A stretch of DNA of 64,000 nucleotides, taken from NCBI GenBank assembly GCA_047456305.1, contig CP179888.1, positions 445,307-509,306 of the forward strand, given 5' to 3'. The position numbers were made by a program, and so were the translations under genes. Positions 53,119 to 61,704 of the stretch are shown piece after piece. Under the pieces are notes generated by a model. That model did no database searches. It saw nothing but the letters and a program-made list of their open reading frames with translations, and had not been told where the DNA came from. The number at the start of each line of letters is the position of its first letter. Within the stretch, counting starts at the first letter, position 1. The DNA comes from Candidatus Nealsonbacteria bacterium (GTDB lineage Bacteria > Patescibacteriota > Minisyncoccia > Minisyncoccales > CAZKCU01).

Positions 53119-53463
53119 ATGCGAAAAACTCATACAATAGATGCCACAGGCAAGGTCTTGGGCAGATTAGCGGCAGAAATCGCAATTTTGTTGCGAGGCA
53201 AACATAAGCCAGATTTCGTCCCTTATAAAGACATGGGTGACGTTGTTGTTGTTAAAAATATTAATAAAATAAAATTTACTGGTAAAAAATTTGAGAAGAA
53301 AAAATATTTCCGCCATTCAGGGTATCTCGGCAGCCTAAAAGAAATTCCTCTAAAAACACTTTTTAAGAAGGATTCTCCTAAAGTTTTGCAGAGAGCAGTT
53401 TTTGGGATGCTGCCGAAAAATAAACTAAGAGCAAAAATGATAAAGCGTTTAAAAATAGAATAA
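53119..53463 (+). CDS. rplM: 50S ribosomal protein L13 (short)
   Basis: IDA....LGRLA..IA..LRGKHKP.F.P..D.GD.VVV.N. Confidence 0.9.
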   Translation: MRKTHTIDATGKVLGRLAAEIAILLRGKHKPDFVPYKDMGDVVVVKNINKIKFTGKKFEKKKYFRHSGYLGSLKEIPLKTLFKKDSPKVLQRAVFGMLPKNKLRAKMIKRLKIE

Positions 53464-53474
53464 CGCAAATTAAT

Positions 53475-53999
53475 ATGAAGAAAGTTAAAAAGACAAAAAA
53501 AGCAGTTAAAAAAAAGCCTGCCGTCAAAAAAGTTAAGGAAGCAAAAGTTGTAAAAAAAGCCAAAAAGCCAACTCCTAAGAAAAAAGTTAGAAAACCAGCG
53601 CCGCCGCCAGCTCGCTATTTTGAAGCAGTTGGCAAAAGAAAAACAGCGGTAGCAAGGGTGCGTCTATTTACCCGGGGAGAAAAAGTATTTTTAGTTAATG
53701 AAAAACCTTTTACTGTTTATTTTCCCACATTTTACCTTCAACAAATTGCTACAGCCAGCTTAAGAAAGATGCGATGTCTTGATAAATTCAGAGTTTTAGT
53801 TAAAGTTAGGGGAGGTGGAGTAAATGCCCAGGCCGAAGCTTTAAGGCATGGGATAACTCGAGCCCTCACCCTTTTTAATCCTGATTTTAAAAAAAGATTA
53901 AGAAGAGCAGGTTATTTAACTCGTGATGCTAGAAAGAGAGAAAGAAAGAAATTCGGATTAAAACGAGCAAGACGTGCTCCTCAGTGGGCAAAACGATAA
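53475..53999 (+). CDS. rpsI: 30S ribosomal protein S9 (Lys-rich N-terminal extension)
   Basis: GKRK.A.ARV.L..G; GGG...QA.A.RHGI.RAL; C-terminus ARRAPQWAKR. Confidence 0.9.
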   Translation: MKKVKKTKKAVKKKPAVKKVKEAKVVKKAKKPTPKKKVRKPAPPPARYFEAVGKRKTAVARVRLFTRGEKVFLVNEKPFTVYFPTFYLQQIATASLRKMRCLDKFRVLVKVRGGGVNAQAEALRHGITRALTLFNPDFKKRLRRAGYLTRDARKRERKKFGLKRARRAPQWAKR

Positions 54000-54005
54000 A
54001 ATAAT

Positions 54006-54356
54006 ATGGAGACAAAAATTATAAAAGATTCGATAAGCAAAAAAGATCTTATTGATATTGCAAAAAAACAATTTGGCAATTTGGTGAAAGCAGTTGTTGA
54101 TGTTGAGCAGGGAATAATAGCTGTGGCTGGCGAATTGCACGCCGATGAGGAAGTAGCTTTGATTGAAGAGGAAGAATCAAAAAGAGAGCATACTTGGGGT
54201 ATTAATCTTTATCCCGAAAAACCAGAAAAAGAATGGATTGAGTTTGACTCCATTATTAATATCAAGCCTTCTTTTGGCAATCAGTCGCGAGAAGTAGAGA
54301 ACCCGGAAACAAGAGAAAAGATTAAAAACATTGTTCAAAAATTAGTTATTCAATAA
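54006..54356 (+). CDS. hypothetical protein (DUF5674-like)
   Basis: ORF track; family assignment from memory of the sequence pattern only. Confidence 0.4.
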   Translation: METKIIKDSISKKDLIDIAKKQFGNLVKAVVDVEQGIIAVAGELHADEEVALIEEEESKREHTWGINLYPEKPEKEWIEFDSIINIKPSFGNQSREVENPETREKIKNIVQKLVIQ

Positions 54357-54359
54357 AAA

Positions 54360-54707
54360 ATGTCTTTCACGATGCATCAAAATTTAGCTTCAGGTAGATG
54401 GCGAACACTTTCTTTAGTCGAGCAGCTCGCCAATATTGGGAGCGAAGTTGGCCGGGCACGGCGATGGGCTGGTAAAGATCAGAAGTTATATGAAGGAGCA
54501 GTTCAGAGGGCTTTGGAACTATTTGATTTAACGCTGGCTGATTCGCGCTGGAAGGGACGTCTACGAGAAATTGCTCGAGCCAGAGAATTATTTTGCGACG
54601 CTATCACTGGCGGCAGGGAATATAAAAGCTCGCTCAAGGACCTTGAACGTTACTTCTTTTATTACGCCTTAGTTGCCCGTCGAGCTCCCCAGTGGCAAAA
54701 GCGGTAA
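54360..54707 (+). CDS. hypothetical helical protein whose C-terminus duplicates the S9 tail
   Basis: ORF track; visibly GC-richer than its neighbours; ends VARRAPQWQKR against S9 RARRAPQWAKR. Confidence 0.5.
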   Translation: MSFTMHQNLASGRWRTLSLVEQLANIGSEVGRARRWAGKDQKLYEGAVQRALELFDLTLADSRWKGRLREIARARELFCDAITGGREYKSSLKDLERYFFYYALVARRAPQWQKR

Positions 54708-54710
54708 AGT

Positions 54711-54873
54711 GCTCAGGAAGTTAATTTTTGGTACACGCGAATTTTTCCAGCGAAAATTCGCTGCTACTCGCGAATTGCTCCGACTTCGTGGGAGACCAAG
54801 CCAATTCGCTGCGGATTGTCCCAAAAATTACTTCCCTCGCTCCGAAATTTACTCTGAAACTTGTTACCTCGCT
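54711..54873 (+). repeat. family A structured repeat, copy 5, plus a truncated 3' remnant of another copy
   Basis: AATTTTTGGTACA/TGTCCCAAAAATT, GCGAATTTT-tccagcg-AAAATTCGC, GCGAATTG..ACCAAGCCAATTCGC. The following CCGAAATTTACTCTGAAACTTGTTACCTCGCT matches the 3' end of copy 1. Confidence 0.8.
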
Positions 54874-54925
54874 TACCCGAGCCGCAGGCGAAGGGTGAAG
54901 AAAAGGACGAAGTCCTCTTTGCCTA
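54874..54925 (+). repeat. small hairpin-box element
   Basis: ACCCGAGCCGCAGGCGAAGGGTGAAGAAAAGGACgaaGTCCTCTTTGCC. Confidence 0.75.
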
Positions 54926-54936
54926 GTTGATAATTT

Positions 54937-54997
54937 ATGCTCAAAGAATTTTCAATTCATTTCGATCTTCAATAAATTTTCAATTTATTTCGATGTT
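54937..54997 (+). repeat. 61-nt leader repeat, copy 1 (includes the ATG of the Cas4-like gene)
   Basis: identical to 61090-61150 except for one base. Confidence 0.85.
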
Positions 54998-55685
54998 AAA
55001 AGAGTTAATTGATAAATTTTATTTAGACAGAAAAAAAGATAAAGAACAGCAGCATTTTTATATTAGCGAGGCAGGGAAGTGTCCCCGACAGATTTTTTTT
55101 AAATTTAAAAACGCCCCCCGGAAAGAAATGGAGGCAAATATTTTAAGGTTATTTGACCATGGCGACCACATGCACCAGCTTATTATGAAGCCTCTTTTAA
55201 GCACAAGGGAGGTACGAGTGGTATCAGCTGAAGTGGAAATTCCTCCCCAAGAGCTTGTGAAAGGGAGGGCGGATGCAGTAATTAGTGATGGTAAAGAGCT
55301 TTATGTTTTAGATATTAAAAGTATGAATAGTATGATTTTTAGAAATTTAACTTCTCCCAAAGAAGAAAACATTAATCAAATTCAACTCTACCTTCATTAT
55401 TTTAAAATAGCAAAGGGGATACTTCTTTACGTTGATAAAGATAAATTGAATTTGAAAGAATTCGTGATTGATTACAATAAGACATTAGCTGAGAAAATTT
55501 TAAGCGATTTAGCTTACCTAAAAAAACAAATTGATTCCAATATTATTCCTCCGAGAATCCCTGATTATTCAGATAACTGGCAGTGTTCATACTGCCAATT
55601 TAGAGAACTTTGCGATATAGGGGTTCCAGGCGAAATGAACTGGGAAGATTTTAAGAAAAAAATCGAAGCCCAAAATACAAAATAA
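54993..55685 (+). CDS. Cas4-like PD-(D/E)xK nuclease with Fe-S cysteines
   Basis: GKCPRQ near the N-terminus, D...DIK core, C-terminal CSYCQFRELC. Start taken at the ATG at 54993. Confidence 0.6.
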   Translation: MLKELIDKFYLDRKKDKEQQHFYISEAGKCPRQIFFKFKNAPRKEMEANILRLFDHGDHMHQLIMKPLLSTREVRVVSAEVEIPPQELVKGRADAVISDGKELYVLDIKSMNSMIFRNLTSPKEENINQIQLYLHYFKIAKGILLYVDKDKLNLKEFVIDYNKTLAEKILSDLAYLKKQIDSNIIPPRIPDYSDNWQCSYCQFRELCDIGVPGEMNWEDFKKKIEAQNTK

Positions 55686-55737
55686 ACGATTATTTGTTTA
55701 ATATTTAAAAAAAGCTCTTAGGGAGCTTTTTTGTAAA

Positions 55738-56307
55738 ATGAAACTAAAAAGACTTTCCCGAAAATTCTATACTCGCAAAACTTTAACTGTAGCTAAAGAC
55801 CTTTTAGGAAAATATATAGTCAGGAAAATCGGTTCAAAAAAACTGGTTGGTAAGATTGTTGAGACCGAAGCTTATATTGGGCCAAAAGATAAAGCCAGTC
55901 ATGCTTTTGGGGGAAAGTTAACTCTTAGAAATAAAACAGAATATTTAAAAGGTGGCCACATTTATATTTATCTCTGTTATGGAATGTATTGGCAGTTGAA
56001 TATTACAACTGAGAAAGCTGGGAAACCAGAGTGTGTTTTAATTAGGGCGTTAGAACCAATTGGTAAGGTGAAATCAAAAAAAATTGCTTCAGGTCCTGGG
56101 AAACTTTGCAAATGGATGAAATTAGATAAATCTTTTAATGGAGAAGATTTAGTAAATTCAAAAAAAATATGGTTGGAAGCCGATGAAAAATTAAAAAAGC
56201 AACAGATTATAGCTGCAAAAAGAATCGGCATTGAATATGCCGGCATCTGGAAAGAAAAACCCTGGCGTTTCTATCTCAAGAATAATCCTTTTGTTTCTCA
56301 TTTTTAA
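55738..56307 (+). CDS. mpg: DNA-3-methyladenine glycosylase (Mpg/AAG family)
   Basis: T..VAKDLLGK......G...GKIVETEAY.G..D.ASHA. Confidence 0.8.
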   Translation: MKLKRLSRKFYTRKTLTVAKDLLGKYIVRKIGSKKLVGKIVETEAYIGPKDKASHAFGGKLTLRNKTEYLKGGHIYIYLCYGMYWQLNITTEKAGKPECVLIRALEPIGKVKSKKIASGPGKLCKWMKLDKSFNGEDLVNSKKIWLEADEKLKKQQIIAAKRIGIEYAGIWKEKPWRFYLKNNPFVSHF

Positions 56308-56354
56308 TAAGCTGACAAAGTGGTTTAACCTTCTGTTTTTTTTAAAGGATGATT

Positions 56355-57782
56355 CTAAGGTATCAACTTTTCTGAGACATATAAATTTTCCTCAGCCAAG
56401 AGATATAATTTCTTATTTTTTTGATTAAAAAACATTTTTGGATTTTGAAATTCTGTTAAATCCCAGGTTTGAATTCTATCTCGGTCGTCAATTTCGGCGA
56501 TTTTTATTTTGTTCCCGGTATTAAAAACTAAATAATGACTTGTTAACCAAAAAACTTCCCCAATTTTTTCTGAAAAACGAGTTAAAAAAATTTCTTCTCC
56601 AACTTTTTTTTGAGGTTGATCCAATTTTTCTTCCAGAAATAAAATCCAGATTTCATAGTTGTTAAAATAAACAATTTTTTTGAGGTCTGGAGCAAAGCTA
56701 AAACTATTAGCCGGGGCAGAAACCTTTTTAAAATTCTTTAAATCTTGATCAAAAAAATAAAGATTGTCATTTTCTTTGAGTAAAATTTTAGGAAAATTTA
56801 CCAGAAGTTGATAATTAACCTCCTTTTTAATCGCAAATGGCAAGAAAGAAAGTTGTTCCTGTTTTTTTCCAGAAAGGTCGGTTCTAAAAAGAAACCCTTC
56901 ATTTGAAATCAAGAACATATTTCCTTCGGAAATCCCGTAAGTTACTAAATTACTTGAGATAGCTTGAGAAATTTCTTTGGTTTCCCAGTCACCTTCAAAG
57001 AGCTCTATTTGGGAAATTTTGTTTTCCTTAATTTTCTTTTCAGAAGATTTAGTAAAAAATATTTTTTTAGGAACTTGAGAATTAAAAGAAATATTCTCAA
57101 TGTCAGCTTCTAAGAAATCGAGGGAAATTAAGTCGGGAGGAGTTTTTTCCATGTCCAAAATAAAATATTTCTCTTCCTCTTTTAAGCTAACTTTTAATAA
57201 AATCCTTTTGGAATCTGGAGAAAATTTTAAACTAAGGAAATCAACTTTAGATTTCTCGCTTTTAGCAATGTCTTTTTCTCCAATCAAATAACTTTTAACA
57301 TTGTTTTTTAAATCATAAAGATTAATCTGCCAACCGTTTTCTCTGATTTCTTCAAGAATTATTTTTTTTTCATCAGGCGAGAAAAAGAAATCTTTTACTT
57401 CTTTACTCAAAACAGAAAAACCTAAACTTTCAGGGATTAAGACAATATTTTTTGCTTCAGTAACTTGTTTTTCTTTTATTTCTAAAGTTTTTTCCCAGGC
57501 GAGATATCCTTCCTTCTTTATTTGGATGTTATAGGTTTTGGGTAAGAGATTTTCAATCAGGGTTGAACCAAAGAGAAAATCAGTTTTCTTTTTTAGTTTG
57601 CCGCCAAAATAAATTTGGGTGCTTTTTGGCAAAACCTTAAAATAAAAAGCCCCGGTTTGGGTAACCTTTTTCTTTTCGAAGTCAAACCTATAACCCTGAG
57701 AATAAAAAACAACTGCTGGAGCAATTAAGAGAAATAAAAAGAGACAAATAAAGAATAAAATAGTTCGAGTTTTCCGAGTCAT
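56355..57782 (-). CDS. membrane-anchored PEGA-domain / TolB-like beta-propeller-repeat protein
   Basis: start moved to the ATG at 57782 (MTRKTRTILFFICLF...). The upstream 148 codons of the track ORF overlap murA on the other strand. Repeats FSPDEKKI, FSPDSKRI and FAPDLKKI. Confidence 0.6.
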   Translation of the reverse strand: MTRKTRTILFFICLFLFLLIAPAVVFYSQGYRFDFEKKKVTQTGAFYFKVLPKSTQIYFGGKLKKKTDFLFGSTLIENLLPKTYNIQIKKEGYLAWEKTLEIKEKQVTEAKNIVLIPESLGFSVLSKEVKDFFFSPDEKKIILEEIRENGWQINLYDLKNNVKSYLIGEKDIAKSEKSKVDFLSLKFSPDSKRILLKVSLKEEEKYFILDMEKTPPDLISLDFLEADIENISFNSQVPKKIFFTKSSEKKIKENKISQIELFEGDWETKEISQAISSNLVTYGISEGNMFLISNEGFLFRTDLSGKKQEQLSFLPFAIKKEVNYQLLVNFPKILLKENDNLYFFDQDLKNFKKVSAPANSFSFAPDLKKIVYFNNYEIWILFLEEKLDQPQKKVGEEIFLTRFSEKIGEVFWLTSHYLVFNTGNKIKIAEIDDRDRIQTWDLTEFQNPKMFFNQKNKKLYLLAEENLYVSEKLIP

Positions 57783-57849
57783 AATAAATAATTTTAACCT
57801 TTCTAAAAGGATTTGCCAAGTTTTGAATTTTAATATAAGATAAATTATA

Positions 57850-59124
57850 ATGGCTGAGAAATTTATAATTGAAGGCGAAAAGCCGCTTGAGGGAGAAATT
57901 GAGGTGAGGGGGTCAAAAAATGCTGCTGGAGCCATCTTAGCTGCAACTTTACTTACTTCAGAAGAATGCGTTATTGATAATCTTCCATTGGTTTCTGATA
58001 TCTTAAATTTAATTGATATTTTAAAAGAGATGGGAGCAGAGATTGAATGGCTTGAGAAAAGGAAAGTTAAAATCAGAGCCGGGAAGAGAATTGACCTCAA
58101 AAAACTGGATTTTGAAAAAATTTCCAAATCAAGAGTTTCTGTTCTTTTAATCGGAGCTCTTCTGCCGCGGGTTAAAGAATTTAGATTTTCCCGGCCCGGA
58201 GGTGATAGGATAGGTTTGCGCCCCATAGATACCCACTTAAACGCTTTAAGGGAATTAGGCGCCGAAATAGAGGAAGCTGGAGATTTTTATTATCTCAAAT
58301 CAAAACAGTTAAAAGGAAAAGAAATCGTTTTACCGGAATTCAGCGTTACTACTACTGAGAATTTAATAATGGCATCAGTTTTTGCTGAGGGGGAGACAAT
58401 TATTAAATTAGCTGCTCAAGAGCCCCAAGTTCAGGATTTAATTTTGATTCTGAATAAAATGGGGGCTAAAATTGAAGGTAATAGAACTCATACATTGAAA
58501 ATTCAGGGCGTTAAAAGACTAAAAGGAGTAGAGCATAGAATTATTCCCGATCCTAATGAAGCGGGGACATTTTTAACCATTGGAGCAGCTGCCGCTAAAA
58601 AACTTTTGGTGAAAGATTTAATTCCTGAACATCTGGATATTTTTTTACTGAAGCTTAAAGAAGCAGGAGTTAATTTTATTAGAAAAGGCGATAATTCAAT
58701 TGAAATTTACAAGCCAGAAAAGCTTTTTCCAACCAAAATTCAGGCGCTTCCTTATCCAGGATTTCTTACAGATATTCTTCCTTTAATTATTCCTCTTTTA
58801 ACTCAAGCAGAAGGGAAAAGTTTGATTCATGACACTCATTATGAGAATCGCCTGAACTTTATTCATCAGTTGAGAAAGATGGGAGCTGATATTGAAATTA
58901 TTGACCCTCACCGAGCCATTATTTTTGGTCCAACTCCGCTTACTGGGGTGACCATTGAGTCGTGGGATATCAGGGCAGGAGCTGCCTTGGTGATGGCAGG
59001 ACTGATGGCTCAAGGCAAAACTATAATTGAGAATGTGGAGCAAATTGATAGAGGATATGAGAGAATAGAGGAGAGACTACAGAAGTTAGGAGCGAATATA
59101 AAACGAGTTAAGTCTGAAGTCTGA
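57850..59124 (+). CDS. murA: UDP-N-acetylglucosamine 1-carboxyvinyltransferase
   Basis: I.G...L.GE..V.GSKNA; 424 aa. Confidence 0.9.
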   Translation: MAEKFIIEGEKPLEGEIEVRGSKNAAGAILAATLLTSEECVIDNLPLVSDILNLIDILKEMGAEIEWLEKRKVKIRAGKRIDLKKLDFEKISKSRVSVLLIGALLPRVKEFRFSRPGGDRIGLRPIDTHLNALRELGAEIEEAGDFYYLKSKQLKGKEIVLPEFSVTTTENLIMASVFAEGETIIKLAAQEPQVQDLILILNKMGAKIEGNRTHTLKIQGVKRLKGVEHRIIPDPNEAGTFLTIGAAAAKKLLVKDLIPEHLDIFLLKLKEAGVNFIRKGDNSIEIYKPEKLFPTKIQALPYPGFLTDILPLIIPLLTQAEGKSLIHDTHYENRLNFIHQLRKMGADIEIIDPHRAIIFGPTPLTGVTIESWDIRAGAALVMAGLMAQGKTIIENVEQIDRGYERIEERLQKLGANIKRVKSEV

Positions 59125-59182
59125 AGTCTGAAGATCTGAAGATTGCTTTGTTTCTTCATACTTCCTACTTCGTAATTCAAAC

Positions 59183-60190
59183 GTGTTTATTAAAAAAATC
59201 GGCATCGATCTTGGAACCTGTAATTCATTAGTTTTTATCCCTGGTAAAGGGGTGGTTTTAAAAGAGCCTTCAGTGGTAGCGGTGACTCTTTCTGAAAATA
59301 AAATTTTAGCAGTGGGGGTTGAAGCCAAAGAGATGACTGGTCGGACTCCTGATACTATCAGAGTTTACCGTCCCCTAAAAGATGGAGTTATTGCTGAATA
59401 CCGAATTACTGAAGCCATGTTGAGATATTTTATTACTAAAGCAAGTGGTAAGTTCCGGCTTTTCAAGCCTGAGTTAATGATTGGAGTACCGGCCGGTATT
59501 ACCTCCACTGAAAGAAGGGCGGTAATTGAAGCTGGCATTAGTGCTGGAGCTAAGGCTGTCTATGTGGCAAAAGAGCCAATTTTAGCAGCTATTGGGGCTG
59601 GTATTCCTATTAATTCTTGTTCCGGACATATAATTGTTGACATTGGTGGCGGGACATCCGAGGTGGCGGTAATTTCTCTTGGAGGAATAGTTGCCTCTAA
59701 TTCAGTAAGGACTGGTGGTGACAAAATGGATTCGGCAATCGCAGATTATATTAAGAAAAAATATAATTTAGCCATAGGTTCCCAGACTGCCGAGGAAATA
59801 AAAATAAAAATCGGCACTGCTTCACCCGAAGAAGAAGAAAGATATTTGGAAATTCGGGGGAGGGATTTAATTTTAGGGTTACCACGAACGATTAAAATTT
59901 CTTCTAATGAGGTCTGCGAAGCAGTTTCTGATGTCTTGAGTGAAATTATCCAGGTAGTTAAACAAGTTCTAAGAGACACTCCGCCTGAGTTATCTGCTGA
60001 TATTATGGACAAAGGAATGATTCTTTCAGGAGGCGGAGCCTTGCTTAGAAATATTGATGAGCTCATCGCCCAGACAACTGGCATACCCTGTTTTATAGCT
60101 GAGGGACCTTTGTTATGCGTGGCTAAAGGAACAGGAATCGTCTTGGAAAACTTAGAAGCATATAAAAAGAGCATAATGAGCAAAAAGTAA
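59183..60190 (+). CDS. mreB: rod-shape-determining actin homolog MreB
   Basis: IGIDLGT.N; RPLKDGVIA; VDIGGGT.EVAVIS. Confidence 0.9.
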   Translation: MFIKKIGIDLGTCNSLVFIPGKGVVLKEPSVVAVTLSENKILAVGVEAKEMTGRTPDTIRVYRPLKDGVIAEYRITEAMLRYFITKASGKFRLFKPELMIGVPAGITSTERRAVIEAGISAGAKAVYVAKEPILAAIGAGIPINSCSGHIIVDIGGGTSEVAVISLGGIVASNSVRTGGDKMDSAIADYIKKKYNLAIGSQTAEEIKIKIGTASPEEEERYLEIRGRDLILGLPRTIKISSNEVCEAVSDVLSEIIQVVKQVLRDTPPELSADIMDKGMILSGGGALLRNIDELIAQTTGIPCFIAEGPLLCVAKGTGIVLENLEAYKKSIMSKK

Positions 60191-60196
60191 CTGCTT

Positions 60197-61087
60197 ATGA
60201 TCATTGGTCACCAAAAACAATGGCAATTTTTGAGAAAATCGGCAGAAATCGGAAGAACTTCCCATGCTTATTTATTTGTCGGTCAAGCCCAATTAGGAAA
60301 AAAAACTTTAGCTATTGAATTTGTTGAATGGCTTTTTAATGAGAATATCCAGGCAAAACAACATCCTGATTTTATTTTTGTCGAGCCCCAAAAAGGGGAA
60401 ATCCAAATTTCTCAGATTAGAGAATTTATCAGAAGGTTATCTTTTAAGCCATTGCTATCTCCTTTCAAAGCAGCAATTATAGATCAGGCCCATTGTATGA
60501 ATCAGGAAGCTCAGAACTGTCTTTTAAAAACCCTTGAAGAGCCAAAAGGCAGAGCTATTTTAATTTTAATAACTGAATATCCAGAAATGTTATTTCCGAC
60601 CATTCTCTCACGATGCGAAATCATAAAATTCTATCCAGTAAGAAAAATAGAAATTAAAAAATATTTAGAAAGTCAAGGAATTCCCAACAAAGAGATTGAA
60701 GAATTGGTTCGCTCTTCTATGGGAAGACCGGGAGTAGTCATAGATTTTATTTCTGACCCTCAGAAATTAGAAAATCAAAGAAAAACGATAAAAGATTTAA
60801 TTAAATTTTCAAATTCAGAATTATCCACTCGTTTTCAATATGTCAAAGATTTGTCTCAAGACCCTCAGAACTTAAGAAAAATTTTAGATATCTGGTTGAG
60901 ATACTTTAGGAATGTTTTGCTGGCTCGGAGTACAGACAAAAAGCCTTCAAACAGTCTTCAATTTAATAATTACTCTTCCTTTAGAATAAGAAAAATTCTT
61001 AAACTTATTCAAAGAATAAATTTTTTAATTGAAAATACCAATGTTAATTCAAGACTGGCTTTGGAAATATTAATGATAGAGTTATAA
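60197..61087 (+). CDS. holB: DNA polymerase III delta-prime subunit
   Basis: HAYLF.G....GK..LA; LLKTLEEP; SRC. Confidence 0.8.
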   Translation: MIIGHQKQWQFLRKSAEIGRTSHAYLFVGQAQLGKKTLAIEFVEWLFNENIQAKQHPDFIFVEPQKGEIQISQIREFIRRLSFKPLLSPFKAAIIDQAHCMNQEAQNCLLKTLEEPKGRAILILITEYPEMLFPTILSRCEIIKFYPVRKIEIKKYLESQGIPNKEIEELVRSSMGRPGVVIDFISDPQKLENQRKTIKDLIKFSNSELSTRFQYVKDLSQDPQNLRKILDIWLRYFRNVLLARSTDKKPSNSLQFNNYSSFRIRKILKLIQRINFLIENTNVNSRLALEILMIEL

Positions 61088-61089
61088 TA

Positions 61090-61150
61090 ATGCTCAATGA
61101 ATTTTCAATTCATTTCGATCTTCAATAAATTTTCAATTTATTTCGATGTT
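61090..61150 (+). repeat. 61-nt leader repeat, copy 2 (includes the frr ATG)
   Basis: see 54937-54997. Confidence 0.85.
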
Positions 61151-61700
61151 TAAAGAAATTATTAACAAAATCAAACCCGAACTGGACAAAACCATTAATT
61201 TTTTAGATAGGGAATTAGCTAAAATTCGAACTGGACGGGTTTCAGCTTCCTTGGTTGAAGATTTAATGGTTGATTACTACGGAAAAAAAACTCCCTTAAA
61301 ACAAGTATCTTCAATTTCAACTCCTGGTCCTCGAACTCTTTGCATTCAGCCCTGGGACCATTCGATTCTTCTAAATATTGAAAAAGCCATCTTGGAATCA
61401 AATTTGGGGATAAATCCAATTGTTGAGAAAGATTTAATTAGACTTTCTTTGCCTCCTCTAAGTGAAGAATATCGAAAAAATCTTCTTCGAGTTTTAAATG
61501 AAAAATTAGAAGCAGCTCGTTTGACTCTCAGACGCTGGAGAGAGGAAGCCTGGCGCCAGATTCAAGAGGGGTTTAGGCAGGGAAAAATTCGAGAAGATGA
61601 TAAATTTCGGGCAAAAGACGAACTCCAAGAATTGATTGATGAATATAATCAAAAGATTAAAGAGATGGAGGAGAGAAAAAAGAAGGAGATAATGAAGTAA
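61146..61700 (+). CDS. frr: ribosome recycling factor
   Basis: R.GR..P..L....V.YYG...PL.Q...I; 184 aa. Confidence 0.9.
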   Translation: MFKEIINKIKPELDKTINFLDRELAKIRTGRVSASLVEDLMVDYYGKKTPLKQVSSISTPGPRTLCIQPWDHSILLNIEKAILESNLGINPIVEKDLIRLSLPPLSEEYRKNLLRVLNEKLEAARLTLRRWREEAWRQIQEGFRQGKIREDDKFRAKDELQELIDEYNQKIKEMEERKKKEIMK

Positions 61701-61704
61701 AAAT

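Noticed and set aside
57783-58226. N-terminal 148 codons of the 623-aa minus-strand ORF 56355-58226
   Set aside because: This part overlaps murA on the opposite strand. A good start (MTRKTRT plus a signal/TM helix) exists at 57782.
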